A stretch of DNA of 64,000 nucleotides from Candidatus Babeliales bacterium (GCA_050179755.1 JBFXEV010000001.1:873994-937993), one strand, 5' to 3'; counted from the stretch's first letter, positions 44,602 to 55,249 are shown. Translations and numbers: made by a program. The notes: generated from the sequence alone by a model not told the origin.

Positions 44602-47600
44602 TATGCTACAGCGTTTTAAGGAATACCTTAATATAACGCAATTTAATGCAATGAAATTGAGCATTGCTTCACCTGAAAAAATACGATCTCTTTCGTATGG
44701 TGAAGTAAAGAAGATAGAAACAATTAACTATCGTACACTCAAGCCTGAGCGCGATGGATTATTCTGTGCGCGCATTTTTGGTCCAGTTAAGGATTGGGAA
44801 TGTAACTGCGGTAAATACAAGCGCATGAAGCATCGTGGTGTAACGTGTGAAAAATGTGGTGTGGAAGTAATACAGGCCCGCGTTCGTAGAGAACGCATGG
44901 GCCACGTAGATCTTGTAGCACCCGTTTGCCACATCTGGTTCTTAAAAGGTATCCCAAGCTATTTAAGCTTGATTTTGGATATGGCTGTTAAAGATCTAGA
45001 ACGCGTGATCTATTTTGATGCTTACTTGGTCATTGATCAAGGTAAATCGCCGTATCCTCGCAAAACGCTTTTGGCTGCTGCTGAGTATGAAAAATATACT
45101 GAAATGCACCCAGAAGATCATGCCTTTAAAGCAGAAAGTGGTGCAGAGGCAGTACGTTTAGTGCTTTCTTTGATGGATTTATCTTTAGAGATTGCGCAAC
45201 TTGATAAAGAGTATGAGAAAGCAACTTCAGTTGCTGCGCGCCATAAATTGATGCGTCGCATTAAGGTATTATCAAGCATGCACCAAGCAGGCATTCGCCC
45301 TGAGTGGATGATTATGACGGTGTTGCCGGTATTGCCTCCTGATTTGCGACCGTTAGTACCGTTAGAAGGTGGACGCTTTGCAAGCTCAGATTTAAATGAA
45401 TTATATAGACGTGTATTAAACCGTAATATACGTTTGCATCGGTTGCTCGCGATCGAGGCTCCTTCGGTAATTATCAAAAATGAAAAGCGTATGCTCCAAG
45501 AATCGGTAGATGCGCTTATTGATAATGGTCGCCGAGGCCAGCCAGTACGCGGCACCAACCGTCGTCCGCTTAAATCACTTTCTGAAATGCTCAGAGGTAA
45601 GCAGGGCCGGTTCCGACAAAACTTACTCGGTAAACGTGTTGACTATTCAGGACGTTCAGTAATTGTGGTTGACCCAGAACTTCATATGAATCAATGTGGT
45701 TTACCAAAAATTATGGCGCTTGAACTATTTAAGTCGTATGTGTATTCAGAGCTTCTTGAACGTGAGCTTGCAGTTAACTTACGCGTTGCAAAACGCATGG
45801 TAGAAGACGCAGAGCCAGAAGTTTGGGACGTGCTAGAAGATGTGGTAAAAGACCGCCCGGTACTATTAAACCGTGCACCAACGCTCCATAGATTAGGTGT
45901 GCAGGCGTTTTACCCAATTTTAGTTGACGGTAAAGCTATCAAAATTCACCCGCTCGTTACTCCAGCGTTTAACGCGGACTTTGATGGTGACCAGATGGCA
46001 GTCCACGTTCCATTAAGTTCTAAGGCTCAGCTTGAGTCACAAAAACTTATATTATCAACCCAGAACCTTCTTTCTGCATCAAATGGTCGTCCTATTGCAG
46101 TTCCTCACCAAGATATGGTGTTAGGGTTGCACTATATGACCAAAGTTCGCTGCAATGTAAAAGGTGAAGGGATTACGTTTGGTTCACTCCAAGAAGTAAT
46201 TACTGCGTATCAATTTGGGCAGGTGCATTTGCACGCTCGTATTAAGTTACGCCTTGCAGATAATCAAGTGGTAGAAACTACCGTAGGCCGTGCAATTCTT
46301 TTTGAAGCGTTACCAGCAGGATCCGATTTCCATTGGATCAATAAAGTAACCAAAAAGAGTGATTTGAATAAGCTTATTGAAAAGATTTATTATCGTTTTG
46401 GTTCTGAGCCAACGGTAATCTGTCTTGATAAAATCAAGAAGCTTGGGTTCTATTATGCAACGGTGAGTGGTGTATCGTTCTCTATGCACGATTTGATAGT
46501 TCCTGCCAAGAAAGATACCATTATTTCTAAAGCGGAGCATGAAGTACAGCGTATTGAAAACTTATACATGGACGGTGTGATCACTAATGGTGAGCGCCAT
46601 AGTAAAGTAATTAGCATTTGGTACGGCGCAACAGCAAGCGTAGCTAATGAAATGTTAACTGACTTTGAAGCGCAGAATAATGAATCATTTTTGAATAAAG
46701 ATAAGTCTGATATTCCGTTTAACTTTATCTTTATGGTTCTTGATTCTGGTGCAAAAGGTTCATCTGCACAGATTAAACAGCTTGTTGGTATGCGTGGTTT
46801 AATGTCCACACCTACCGGTGAAATTATGGAAACGCCGGTTAAATCTAACTTTAAAGACGGGTTAAGCGTTTTTGAGTACTTTATTTCAACTCACGGTGCT
46901 CGTAAAGGTCAAGCCGATACTGCACTTAAAACGGCAAACTCTGGTTATTTAACACGTAGACTTGTAGACGTTGCGCAAGACGTAACAGTAACGCTCGATG
47001 ACTGTAAGACTTTGGGTTATATTGAGCTTGAAGCGTTGCAAGAATCTGGTGATATTATTTATGCACTTGCAAATCGTGCTTTTGGCCGTGTGATTGCAGC
47101 AGACGTTAAAGATCCTGTTACTGGTGAATTGTTGTTCCGTCAAGGTGATATTATTTATCGCCAGGATATGCAAAAGCTGGCAGATTCAGCGGTTTCTAAA
47201 TTGCTCGTGCGTTCAGTGCTCACCTGTCAGGCAAAACGTGGCGTGTGTGCTGTGTGTTATGGACTTGATTTGTCGCGCCTTGATCTTGCAGACGTTGGTA
47301 CCACGGTGGGTATTATTGCTGCACAATCAATTGGTGAACCGGGTACACAGCTTACCATGAGAACCTTCCACATCGGGGGTACTGCATCTGGTACTGCTGA
47401 TCAAAATCAATTTAGTGCTAAGCATGCAGGTAAATTGCAATGGCGTGGTATCCGTACTATTGAAAACCGTGATGGTCAGCATGTGGTACTAAGCCGTAAA
47501 GCGCGTATCGTAATCGTTTCTGAAGACGGGCGTGAGTTGCAACAGCATACGCTTGAATATGGTGCATTACTCTTAGTGGCTGACGGCCAAGAAGTAACTG

Positions 47601-48700
47601 CTGGTCAAAAGCTTGCAGAATGGGATCCACATAACAAGGTTATTTTGACTGAGCGTGCAGGTAAAGTACAATACGTTGATTTAATTAAGAATATTACTAT
47701 ACAAGAGCGCTTTGACGAAGCGACTAAGAAATCAAGCAATATTGTGCTTGAGCATAGAAACGAAAAGTATCAGCCTGCTATCAGCATTGTTGATAAAAAC
47801 GGTGATGAACTTGCTCATTACTTCTTGCCTACCGGTTCATACATGGTAGTAAAGGATGGTGAAGAAGTTAAAGTGGGTGATATTTTAGTTAAAATGCCTC
47901 GTGAAATAACAAAAACCAAAGATATTACCGGTGGTTTACCTCGTATTGCTGAGCTCTTTGAAGCACGTGCACCAAAAGATCCTGCAGTACTTGCAGATAT
48001 TGATGGTGAGGTTGTCTTTGGTGGCTTATACCGAGGTATGCGCAAAATATCAGTGGTGAATGGCCAAGAAGCACATGATTACTTTATCCCACGTGGTAAA
48101 CAATTAAACGTGGTGAGTGGCGATCAGGTGACTGCAGGTGACTTGTTAACATCTGGTACACCAGTGTTGCATGATATCTTGCGTATTATGGGGCCTGAGG
48201 TATTGCAAAGATATCTTGTTGGTCAGATCCAAGAGATTTACCGCTTACAAGGTGTTGATATTAACGATAGACACATTGAATTAATTGTACGGCAAATGTT
48301 ACGTAAAGTGCGTGTCGTTGATTCAGGAGATACAGATTTCTTGATTGGCGATCGTGTGGATCGTATTCACTTTAAGACAGTTAATGAAGTGTTGCGTGCA
48401 GAAGGTAAAAAACCGGCGGTGGCACGTCCAACGCTTATGGGGCTTACCCTTGCATCGCTTGATAGTGAAAGCTTTATTTCAGCAGCATCGTTCCAAGAAA
48501 CTACAAAAATTCTTGCAGAAGCGGCTATTGCTGGCAGAGTTGATCACTTGTATGGCTTAAAAGAAAACATTATTATTGGTAAACTAATACCAGCAGGTAC
48601 CGGTATAGCCTCATTCAGAAAGAAATTTTTGGGTGATGACCGCTCAGAATTTGAGCGAGAAGCGGCACTTGAAGAAGAGACTATTGTAACAGGCGCGTAG
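44594..48700 (+). CDS. rpoC: RNA polymerase beta' subunit
   Basis: NADFDGDQM catalytic motif; GTG start overlapping rpoB. Confidence 0.99.
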   Translation: MNNMLQRFKEYLNITQFNAMKLSIASPEKIRSLSYGEVKKIETINYRTLKPERDGLFCARIFGPVKDWECNCGKYKRMKHRGVTCEKCGVEVIQARVRRERMGHVDLVAPVCHIWFLKGIPSYLSLILDMAVKDLERVIYFDAYLVIDQGKSPYPRKTLLAAAEYEKYTEMHPEDHAFKAESGAEAVRLVLSLMDLSLEIAQLDKEYEKATSVAARHKLMRRIKVLSSMHQAGIRPEWMIMTVLPVLPPDLRPLVPLEGGRFASSDLNELYRRVLNRNIRLHRLLAIEAPSVIIKNEKRMLQESVDALIDNGRRGQPVRGTNRRPLKSLSEMLRGKQGRFRQNLLGKRVDYSGRSVIVVDPELHMNQCGLPKIMALELFKSYVYSELLERELAVNLRVAKRMVEDAEPEVWDVLEDVVKDRPVLLNRAPTLHRLGVQAFYPILVDGKAIKIHPLVTPAFNADFDGDQMAVHVPLSSKAQLESQKLILSTQNLLSASNGRPIAVPHQDMVLGLHYMTKVRCNVKGEGITFGSLQEVITAYQFGQVHLHARIKLRLADNQVVETTVGRAILFEALPAGSDFHWINKVTKKSDLNKLIEKIYYRFGSEPTVICLDKIKKLGFYYATVSGVSFSMHDLIVPAKKDTIISKAEHEVQRIENLYMDGVITNGERHSKVISIWYGATASVANEMLTDFEAQNNESFLNKDKSDIPFNFIFMVLDSGAKGSSAQIKQLVGMRGLMSTPTGEIMETPVKSNFKDGLSVFEYFISTHGARKGQADTALKTANSGYLTRRLVDVAQDVTVTLDDCKTLGYIELEALQESGDIIYALANRAFGRVIAADVKDPVTGELLFRQGDIIYRQDMQKLADSAVSKLLVRSVLTCQAKRGVCAVCYGLDLSRLDLADVGTTVGIIAAQSIGEPGTQLTMRTFHIGGTASGTADQNQFSAKHAGKLQWRGIRTIENRDGQHVVLSRKARIVIVSEDGRELQQHTLEYGALLLVADGQEVTAGQKLAEWDPHNKVILTERAGKVQYVDLIKNITIQERFDEATKKSSNIVLEHRNEKYQPAISIVDKNGDELAHYFLPTGSYMVVKDGEEVKVGDILVKMPREITKTKDITGGLPRIAELFEARAPKDPAVLADIDGEVVFGGLYRGMRKISVVNGQEAHDYFIPRGKQLNVVSGDQVTAGDLLTSGTPVLHDILRIMGPEVLQRYLVGQIQEIYRLQGVDINDRHIELIVRQMLRKVRVVDSGDTDFLIGDRVDRIHFKTVNEVLRAEGKKPAVARPTLMGLTLASLDSESFISAASFQETTKILAEAAIAGRVDHLYGLKENIIIGKLIPAGTGIASFRKKFLGDDRSEFEREAALEEETIVTGA

Positions 48701-48765
48701 CTCAGTGGTAGAGCATTGCTTTGACGTAGCAAGGGTCAGCGGTTCAATCCCGCTCGTGCCTACCA
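48691..48765 (+). tRNA. tRNA-Val(GAC), overlapping the last 10 nt of rpoC
   Basis: AGGCGCG..TTGCT-TTGACGT-AGCAA..CGTGCCT-ACCA, full cloverleaf. Confidence 0.95.
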
Positions 48766-48766
48766 T

Positions 48767-48872
48767 CCGCCGTCGCGCGAAGCGCTATGGCGTGATAGGC
48801 GGGCCCGAAGGCAGCTGAAGAGTGAGCGAAAGTTGCCGAAGTCACGCAGTAGCCATGAAATGGCGAAGGCGG
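48767..48872. repeat. tRNA-adjacent palindromic repeats
   Basis: CCGCCGTCGCGCGAAGCGCTATGGCGTG and a related inverted copy GTAGCCATGAAATGGCGAAGGCGG. Confidence 0.65.
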
Positions 48873-49127
48873 AAGTTATTTCCAATTTACGATAGTAAAA
48901 GTGGAATGTAAGTCACACCGCCGCATTTAAAAAAGTGCGAAGACGGATTGAAATTGAGAAATCCATTGAATGTAGTTTGGCAGTCGAAAGATTGCCAAAC
49001 TCATAACGTGGGCCAGATATTTACCGGTTTTTCAAAAGACTAGGATATACTGGTTGTGATCAGATAAGATCGGTAAGACGCACCTGTGGGTGCGCAATAA
49101 TCAATAATTATTATAAGAAAGGTAATC

Positions 49128-49391
49128 ATGACCGAAAAAACAAAACGCGAAGTTATAGAACAATTTAGCGGTAATCCAAAAGATACTGGTTCAACATCAG
49201 TGCAAATTGCTCTGATCACGCAACGCATTCAACAATTAACTGAACATATGCAAAATAATAAAAAAGATGTTTCAAGTAAACGTGGTTTACTTAAACTAGT
49301 AGATAGCAGAAAACGATTACTTTCATATCTTGATCGTACTGATCATGCTCGTTATCTTGAAGTAATAAAAAAGCTTAATATAAGAAAATAA
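49128..49391 (+). CDS. rpsO: 30S ribosomal protein S15
   Basis: DTGSTSVQIA, KRGLLKLV. Confidence 0.97.
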   Translation: MTEKTKREVIEQFSGNPKDTGSTSVQIALITQRIQQLTEHMQNNKKDVSSKRGLLKLVDSRKRLLSYLDRTDHARYLEVIKKLNIRK

Positions 49392-49403
49392 TCTAGGATC
49401 TCA

Positions 49404-51497
49404 ATGGCAAAAACGTTTACATTACCCGAATTTGGGTATTCCGTTGTACTAGATAAATACGCACGTCAGGCTGATGGTTCAGTTTGGATACAACAAGGCG
49501 GCACGGTAGTTCTTGCAACTGCAGTATCAGCTGAATCTTCAGAGTTTCCTGGCTTTTTGCCGCTTACTGTTGAATACCGCGAAAAATTTTCTGCAGCAGG
49601 TAAAATTCCTGGTGGTTACTTTAAACGAGAAGGCAAGCCTTCTGATAAAGAAGTATTAACTGCTCGCTTAATAGATAGAGCAATTAGACCACTATTCCCT
49701 GACAACTACTTTAATCAAGTGCAAGTTATTGTAACGGTGTATTCAGTAGACCGTGATAATATGCCAGAAACGCTTGCAGTTGTTGCAGCTTCCATGGCAC
49801 TTAATAATTCCAAGATTCCTTTAATCAGCCCTGTTGGTGTAACTACGGTGGCACGCATTAAGAATGAATGGGTTTATAATCCTTCGTATCCTCAAACGGT
49901 TGAATCTGATACTCGTTTTATGGTTATTGGTACGCAAGACGGCCTTTGCATGGTAGAAGGTGGATTACCAGAGCTTGATGAAGCTACTGTTGTTGACGTG
50001 CTCTTTAAAGCGCATGCAAAAATGCAACCACAAATTGCATGGCAACATGAAATAAGAAAGCAAGTAGGTAAAGAGAAAGAAAGTGTTGCTCTTACTGAAG
50101 AATGGAATTGCTGGAAAGCGCATGTTGATGCGTATTTAACTGATGCAGTAGTAAAAACTACATTCTTGAATGAAAAATTAGCTCGCCGTGATGCTATCAA
50201 AGCTGTAGAAAATACATTCTTTGAAAAACATGCACATGCTTTTGAAGCTGACTCTAATTTAAAGACATTGGTGAATTATATTTTTGATATTCAACTTGAC
50301 GAGCGTATGGCTGCGTTAACCTTAAAAGAAGGCAAACGTATTGACGGTCGTGCGTATGATGAAGTTCGCCCAATAACGGTTGAAGTTGGTATTTTACCAT
50401 TTAACCATGGATCTGCGGTATTTACTCGTGGTGAAACACAAGCGCTTGTTTCTACAACGCTCGGTAGCGCGCAAGATATGCAACGTGTTGATGAGTTAAT
50501 GGATTCAAATGCTCAAAATGCATTTATGCTTCATTATAACTTCCCGCCGTTTGCAACAGGTGAAGCAAAAGGTATGCGTGGTGTTTCTCGACGTGAAACT
50601 GGTCATGGTCATTTGGCAGCTACTGCAATTCGTTCAGTGCTTCCTACTATGGAACAATTTCCGTATACGCTCCGTATAGTATCAGACGTTCTTGAATCTA
50701 ATGGTTCTTCTTCAATGGCTACGGTGTGTGGTACTACCATGTCCTTAATGGATGCTGGTGTGCCTATTAAACATATGGTCAGCGGTATTGCAATGGGATT
50801 ACTTGAACATAACGGTACGTTCCAAGCTTTATCAGATATTAATGGTAAAGAAGATTCATTTGGTTTGATGGACTTTAAAGTTGCAGGAACAGCCGCTGGT
50901 ATTACTGCACTTCAAATGGATATTAAATACAAAGGCGGATTACCGCGTATAGTATTTGAAAAAGCATTAGAACAAGCAAAACGCGGTAGATTGCACATTC
51001 TTGATAAAATGAAACAAGTAATGACTGCGCCTCGCAGTGAGCTTTCTGCGTTAGTTCCTAAAGTGATATCATTCAAGATTTCAACTGATAAAATTGGTGC
51101 AGTTATTGGTAGTGGCGGTAAAGTGATTCGCGAAATCATAGATAAAACGGGCACGTCAATTGATATTGATGATGATGGTACGGTTAAAATCTATGGTGGG
51201 CCAGAAGCAAAAATTGAACAGGCAATCTCATGGGCTAAAGCTCTTGGTGGCCTGATCACTCCGGGTGAACGCTTTGTCTCTGCTATTAAACGTGTAACTA
51301 ACTTTGGCGTGTTTGCAGAACTTGCACCAGGCCTTGACGGTTTGATTCATATTTCAAATATCCCACGTGAAATGCAAAAATCTATGGAACTAGAGTTCCC
51401 AATAGATACTATCATTGACGTTGAAGTATTGCAATATGATCCATCTAATGGACGTATTGGTTTGAAGTATCTTGGCAAACATAAAGCTGATAAGTAA
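49404..51497 (+). CDS. pnp: Polyribonucleotide nucleotidyltransferase
   Basis: RLIDRAIRPLFP, ESNGSSSMA, MDFKVAG, KH and S1 domains. Confidence 0.98.
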   Translation: MAKTFTLPEFGYSVVLDKYARQADGSVWIQQGGTVVLATAVSAESSEFPGFLPLTVEYREKFSAAGKIPGGYFKREGKPSDKEVLTARLIDRAIRPLFPDNYFNQVQVIVTVYSVDRDNMPETLAVVAASMALNNSKIPLISPVGVTTVARIKNEWVYNPSYPQTVESDTRFMVIGTQDGLCMVEGGLPELDEATVVDVLFKAHAKMQPQIAWQHEIRKQVGKEKESVALTEEWNCWKAHVDAYLTDAVVKTTFLNEKLARRDAIKAVENTFFEKHAHAFEADSNLKTLVNYIFDIQLDERMAALTLKEGKRIDGRAYDEVRPITVEVGILPFNHGSAVFTRGETQALVSTTLGSAQDMQRVDELMDSNAQNAFMLHYNFPPFATGEAKGMRGVSRRETGHGHLAATAIRSVLPTMEQFPYTLRIVSDVLESNGSSSMATVCGTTMSLMDAGVPIKHMVSGIAMGLLEHNGTFQALSDINGKEDSFGLMDFKVAGTAAGITALQMDIKYKGGLPRIVFEKALEQAKRGRLHILDKMKQVMTAPRSELSALVPKVISFKISTDKIGAVIGSGGKVIREIIDKTGTSIDIDDDGTVKIYGGPEAKIEQAISWAKALGGLITPGERFVSAIKRVTNFGVFAELAPGLDGLIHISNIPREMQKSMELEFPIDTIIDVEVLQYDPSNGRIGLKYLGKHKADK

Positions 51498-51503
51498 ACA
51501 CGT

Positions 51504-52310
51504 ATGAAAACTGTTGGCTTAAAAAGAAAAGATGGACGCAGCGCAAACGAGCTGCGTCCTATTTCCTGTCAGTTTGATATCTATCCAAATGCTGCAGGCT
51601 CAGTATTATATGCCATAGGCAAAACTCAGATTTTATGTTCGGTGATTATGCAACCAGGCGTTCCTGCATTTTTGCGTGGTACTAGAACTGGTTGGCTCAC
51701 CGCAAATTATTCTATGCTGCCTGCTTCAACGCAAAAACGTAACGAGCGTGAATCTGGCGCTAAACCTAATGGCCGCTATATGGAGATTTCTCGCTTGATA
51801 GGCAGATCGCTTCGCGCAGTAGTTGATGTTGCAAGTATTGGTGAACGTACAATTACTATTGATTGTGACGTGCTGCAAGCAGATGGTGGCACACGCACGG
51901 CCAGTGTTACTGCTGCATGCTTGGCGCTTAAGATGGCGGAGCAGACATGGCTGAGAAAAGGCATTATTACGCAAGCTATTTCGCGTGACGTAATTGCTGG
52001 TGTTTCAGTTGGCTTTTGCAATGGCGTTCCCGTGCTTGATCCTAATTGTGATGAAGATAGCTCTGGTCAAGCAGATGTTAACTTTGTGTTAACCAAATCT
52101 GGCGCTATTATTGAGATCCAAGGCACTGCAGAAACGAGCCCGATTTCTTATGAATCATTTAATGCAATGTATACGCTCGCGTGTGCAGGTGTTTCTGATA
52201 TAATGGAAAGTATAGAAAAGCCGAGTGAGCCGGTGATTAAGCAGCAGACACAAAAGGTAGCGTATAAGTTCGGTACATTAGGAAGTATTTTACAGCAGAA
52301 GACAGAGTGA
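51504..52310 (+). CDS. rph: Ribonuclease PH
   Basis: EISRLIGRSLR, DVLQADGGTRTAS, EIQGTAE. Confidence 0.95.
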   Translation: MKTVGLKRKDGRSANELRPISCQFDIYPNAAGSVLYAIGKTQILCSVIMQPGVPAFLRGTRTGWLTANYSMLPASTQKRNERESGAKPNGRYMEISRLIGRSLRAVVDVASIGERTITIDCDVLQADGGTRTASVTAACLALKMAEQTWLRKGIITQAISRDVIAGVSVGFCNGVPVLDPNCDEDSSGQADVNFVLTKSGAIIEIQGTAETSPISYESFNAMYTLACAGVSDIMESIEKPSEPVIKQQTQKVAYKFGTLGSILQQKTE

Positions 52311-53233
52311 TCGAATTCCTATCGTCCTTCAAAAATCCAGAATTACAACCAGGCGTAGTATGTTTTTCTCATAAAACATATCCAGCATTATTCTTTGCAC
52401 ATATGCACCGCGCGATGCGTATCGTACACACCATGCAATCGCTTGATGCGGCAACAATTTCTTTTGCGGAAATCCAAACGCAGTGTAACATGTCCTTTTT
52501 AGGGGCACAGCATATTATATGGCTTGGCAACGTGAGTGATCTTGATGCAAAAAAACAGCAACAGATAGTGCAATTTTGCAGCACATACACGGGGCCTCAT
52601 GCTCTTTGGTTTTTCTATAATGGAGAATCTACTGCCATTCGTGAGCGAGTGCAATTGCCACAAACTATGTCCTTTTCTGAGTATCAATCATTCTGCATAC
52701 TGTGGTACCCGCAGCTTGCGCGTTCAGCACATACCTTAAAAGATCTTTTTAAGGATGATGCAATCGACCTTGAATTTGCAGCAATGTTAATGCAATATCA
52801 CTTAGTGGTTGGCAAACATGCAGATCTGTTTATTGATCAATGGGCGGGAAAATTAAGCCAGTCTGAGCAATCGCTTTTTACATTAACAACGTATTTTTTT
52901 TCAAAACAAACTACGCCCTTTTTTAGGTTATGGAAAACTATAGAGCCTGAATATCCGGCTGTATTTTGGGCGTCATTTTGGTCTGAGCAGTTATTCCGAG
53001 CAGCATGCGTTATTGAGGCAATGAAAGCAAATAATCATCAACTTGCCAAAAAGATGGCATATCGTTTACCTTTTTCTTTTATGCAAAAGGACTATAAGCG
53101 GATAACCATTGCTGAGCTTCAATACGCGCATCAATTTATGTATGATTATGATGTGCATATTAAGAACAACGGCTCAGTTGAATTTATTGATATTATGTTC
53201 AGTGCTTTTTTTGTTGGTTCTCGCATAGCGTAA
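52307..53233 (+). CDS. Hypothetical protein, possibly divergent DNA polymerase III delta (HolA-like)
   Basis: Size and MSFLG..IIWL / LF.LT pattern resemble HolA; weak. Confidence 0.45.
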   Translation: MIEFLSSFKNPELQPGVVCFSHKTYPALFFAHMHRAMRIVHTMQSLDAATISFAEIQTQCNMSFLGAQHIIWLGNVSDLDAKKQQQIVQFCSTYTGPHALWFFYNGESTAIRERVQLPQTMSFSEYQSFCILWYPQLARSAHTLKDLFKDDAIDLEFAAMLMQYHLVVGKHADLFIDQWAGKLSQSEQSLFTLTTYFFSKQTTPFFRLWKTIEPEYPAVFWASFWSEQLFRAACVIEAMKANNHQLAKKMAYRLPFSFMQKDYKRITIAELQYAHQFMYDYDVHIKNNGSVEFIDIMFSAFFVGSRIA

Positions 53234-53253
53234 TAAAGCGTCAGTTTTATTTT

Positions 53254-53904
53254 TTATTTTTTCTCAAACCGTTCCGGTCTAATAATACCACCCGAAATAA
53301 TCAAAGACATTGCTTCTTGGCGCGTCAAATCAACCACCGTAAAATCGCCTTCAGCAGCTATTACCAGAAAACCACTTGTGGGATTTGGCGTTGTGGGAAT
53401 AAACACATTATAAAAATTTTTCCCTTCTTTGGGGTGCAAGTGAATTGGTGATTGTCCAGTCAAAAAACCAATGCTATATACGCCTATGCGAGGGAATTCC
53501 ATGATTACAACTTGTTGGAACGTTAATTGATCTTGAGCAGTCAGCGCTCGCACCATTTGCTTGATGCCAAAATATAATTGGCTAATAAGCGGCAACTTAG
53601 AAAAGGTTTGTTCTACAAAGTCTAATAATGCACGAGCGAAGAATAATTTAAATATCAAACCAATTAAAAATATGATGAGTGCTACTAAAAGATATTCTAT
53701 ATACGGTATGCCGCGGCCCCATTCTGGTATGCAACACTGAAACAAATGATATGTAACAAGAGGCGCAAGCCAGCGTTTGGTCAAACTGAACACATATCTA
53801 AAAATGGCAATAGTAAGTATTATGGGCATTAAGACCATAATGCCATTGAGAAAGATCGATTTGATCCAGTTGCCAATTGCTAGAAGGCTTGCTTTTACAT
53901 CCAT
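53254..53904 (-). CDS. DUF502 family membrane protein
   Basis: VFIPTTPNPTSGF, IISGG. Confidence 0.88.
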   Translation of the reverse strand: MDVKASLLAIGNWIKSIFLNGIMVLMPIILTIAIFRYVFSLTKRWLAPLVTYHLFQCCIPEWGRGIPYIEYLLVALIIFLIGLIFKLFFARALLDFVEQTFSKLPLISQLYFGIKQMVRALTAQDQLTFQQVVIMEFPRIGVYSIGFLTGQSPIHLHPKEGKNFYNVFIPTTPNPTSGFLVIAAEGDFTVVDLTRQEAMSLIISGGIIRPERFEKK

Positions 53905-53912
53905 GTATGTCC

Positions 53913-55244
53913 TTAATTACTTAAATTTTTTTTCAGTTTCTGAGCGAGCTGCGAGCCGATGGCTTGCGCTTGTTCAAAATGCTCTTCTTCTATCATAATA
54001 CGCAGTAGTGGTTCAGTGCCAGAGTAGCGCACAATAATGCGCCCTTGTTTGATCTGTGCGTCACTTGCTGCTATCAAAGAAGCGAGGGGTTCTGTATCAA
54101 GTTTTGGTTTTCGCATTACCGGTACGTTAATGATTACTTGTGGGTATTTGGTAAACGTAGTCATTTCCACATTATCAGAGTTGAGTATCGCTTGCATAAC
54201 ACGCAATGCATTAAAAATACCGTCGCCTGTTGGCAAATAGTCACGTGTAATAATATGGCCAGAAGGCTCACCGCCCAAGGGTAAATTACGTTTTACCATT
54301 TCTTGCCAAACATATTTATCACCCACATTTGCGCGTATTAATGTCTTATTTTGTTTTAATAAATAGTTTTCAAACCCTTGATTGGTCATGCTTGTGCCAA
54401 CCACTGTTTTGGTTTCTTTGTATGTTGGATGTGCAAGAAGCAGCGCTAAAACGTCATCACCATTTTTAAGTTGGCCATGTTTGTTAACGCATATCACGCG
54501 ATCACCATCACCATCAAATGCAAAGCCAATATCAGCGTGATGAGATACTACCGCTTTTTGGAGTGCTTGTGGGTAGACTGCGCCAGATTGCTTATTGATG
54601 TTAATCCCGTTAGGTGCATTATGCAGCGCAACTACGCATGCACCATAATGTTTAAATAATGCTGGCGCAAGTTGCCAGGCAGCACCATGTGCGCAATCAA
54701 GGACTATTTTGAGGCCTTGTAAAAATTTTGGCTCAAAAAAAGGCGTAATATGTTCTTGATAGTTTTGACTTACTGCGGTAAGCACTGTCTGTGTGCCAAG
54801 CACTGTATAATCTGGTTCGTGATTACTTTGTGCAAAGAATAATTGTGTAATTTGTTCTTCGGCTTGTTGGCTTAGTTTGCCGGTATGCGCATCAATAAGT
54901 TTAATACCATTATCTTCATAACTATTGTGTGATGCAGAAATAACAATGCCGCAATCGTAATCGGTAGTATAATGTAACAATTGAGAAACTACTGGTGAAG
55001 TAACCACGCCGGCATCAAAAATTTTCACGGGAGAAAGTAGTAAACCGCTTTGCAAACTTGATTTTACCCACGCACACGATTGACGCGTATCATGCGCAAG
55101 TAAGATGCGTGGATTATTGCCATAATGTGCATGCGTCCATGCAGCAATTGCTTTGCCAAGTTGCGGTAATTCATGATGTGTAAAAGGCGAAGAACCAACG
55201 GCGGTTCTAATGCCGTCGGTTCCAAATAAATTGCGTGTTTCCAT
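53913..55244 (-). CDS. glmM: Phosphoglucosamine mutase
   Basis: FGTDGIR, ISASHN, DGDGDR, RYSGTEP; downstream of cdaA/cdaR-like genes. Confidence 0.92.
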   Translation of the reverse strand: METRNLFGTDGIRTAVGSSPFTHHELPQLGKAIAAWTHAHYGNNPRILLAHDTRQSCAWVKSSLQSGLLLSPVKIFDAGVVTSPVVSQLLHYTTDYDCGIVISASHNSYEDNGIKLIDAHTGKLSQQAEEQITQLFFAQSNHEPDYTVLGTQTVLTAVSQNYQEHITPFFEPKFLQGLKIVLDCAHGAAWQLAPALFKHYGACVVALHNAPNGININKQSGAVYPQALQKAVVSHHADIGFAFDGDGDRVICVNKHGQLKNGDDVLALLLAHPTYKETKTVVGTSMTNQGFENYLLKQNKTLIRANVGDKYVWQEMVKRNLPLGGEPSGHIITRDYLPTGDGIFNALRVMQAILNSDNVEMTTFTKYPQVIINVPVMRKPKLDTEPLASLIAASDAQIKQGRIIVRYSGTEPLLRIMIEEEHFEQAQAIGSQLAQKLKKNLSN

Positions 55245-55249
55245 AGTTG

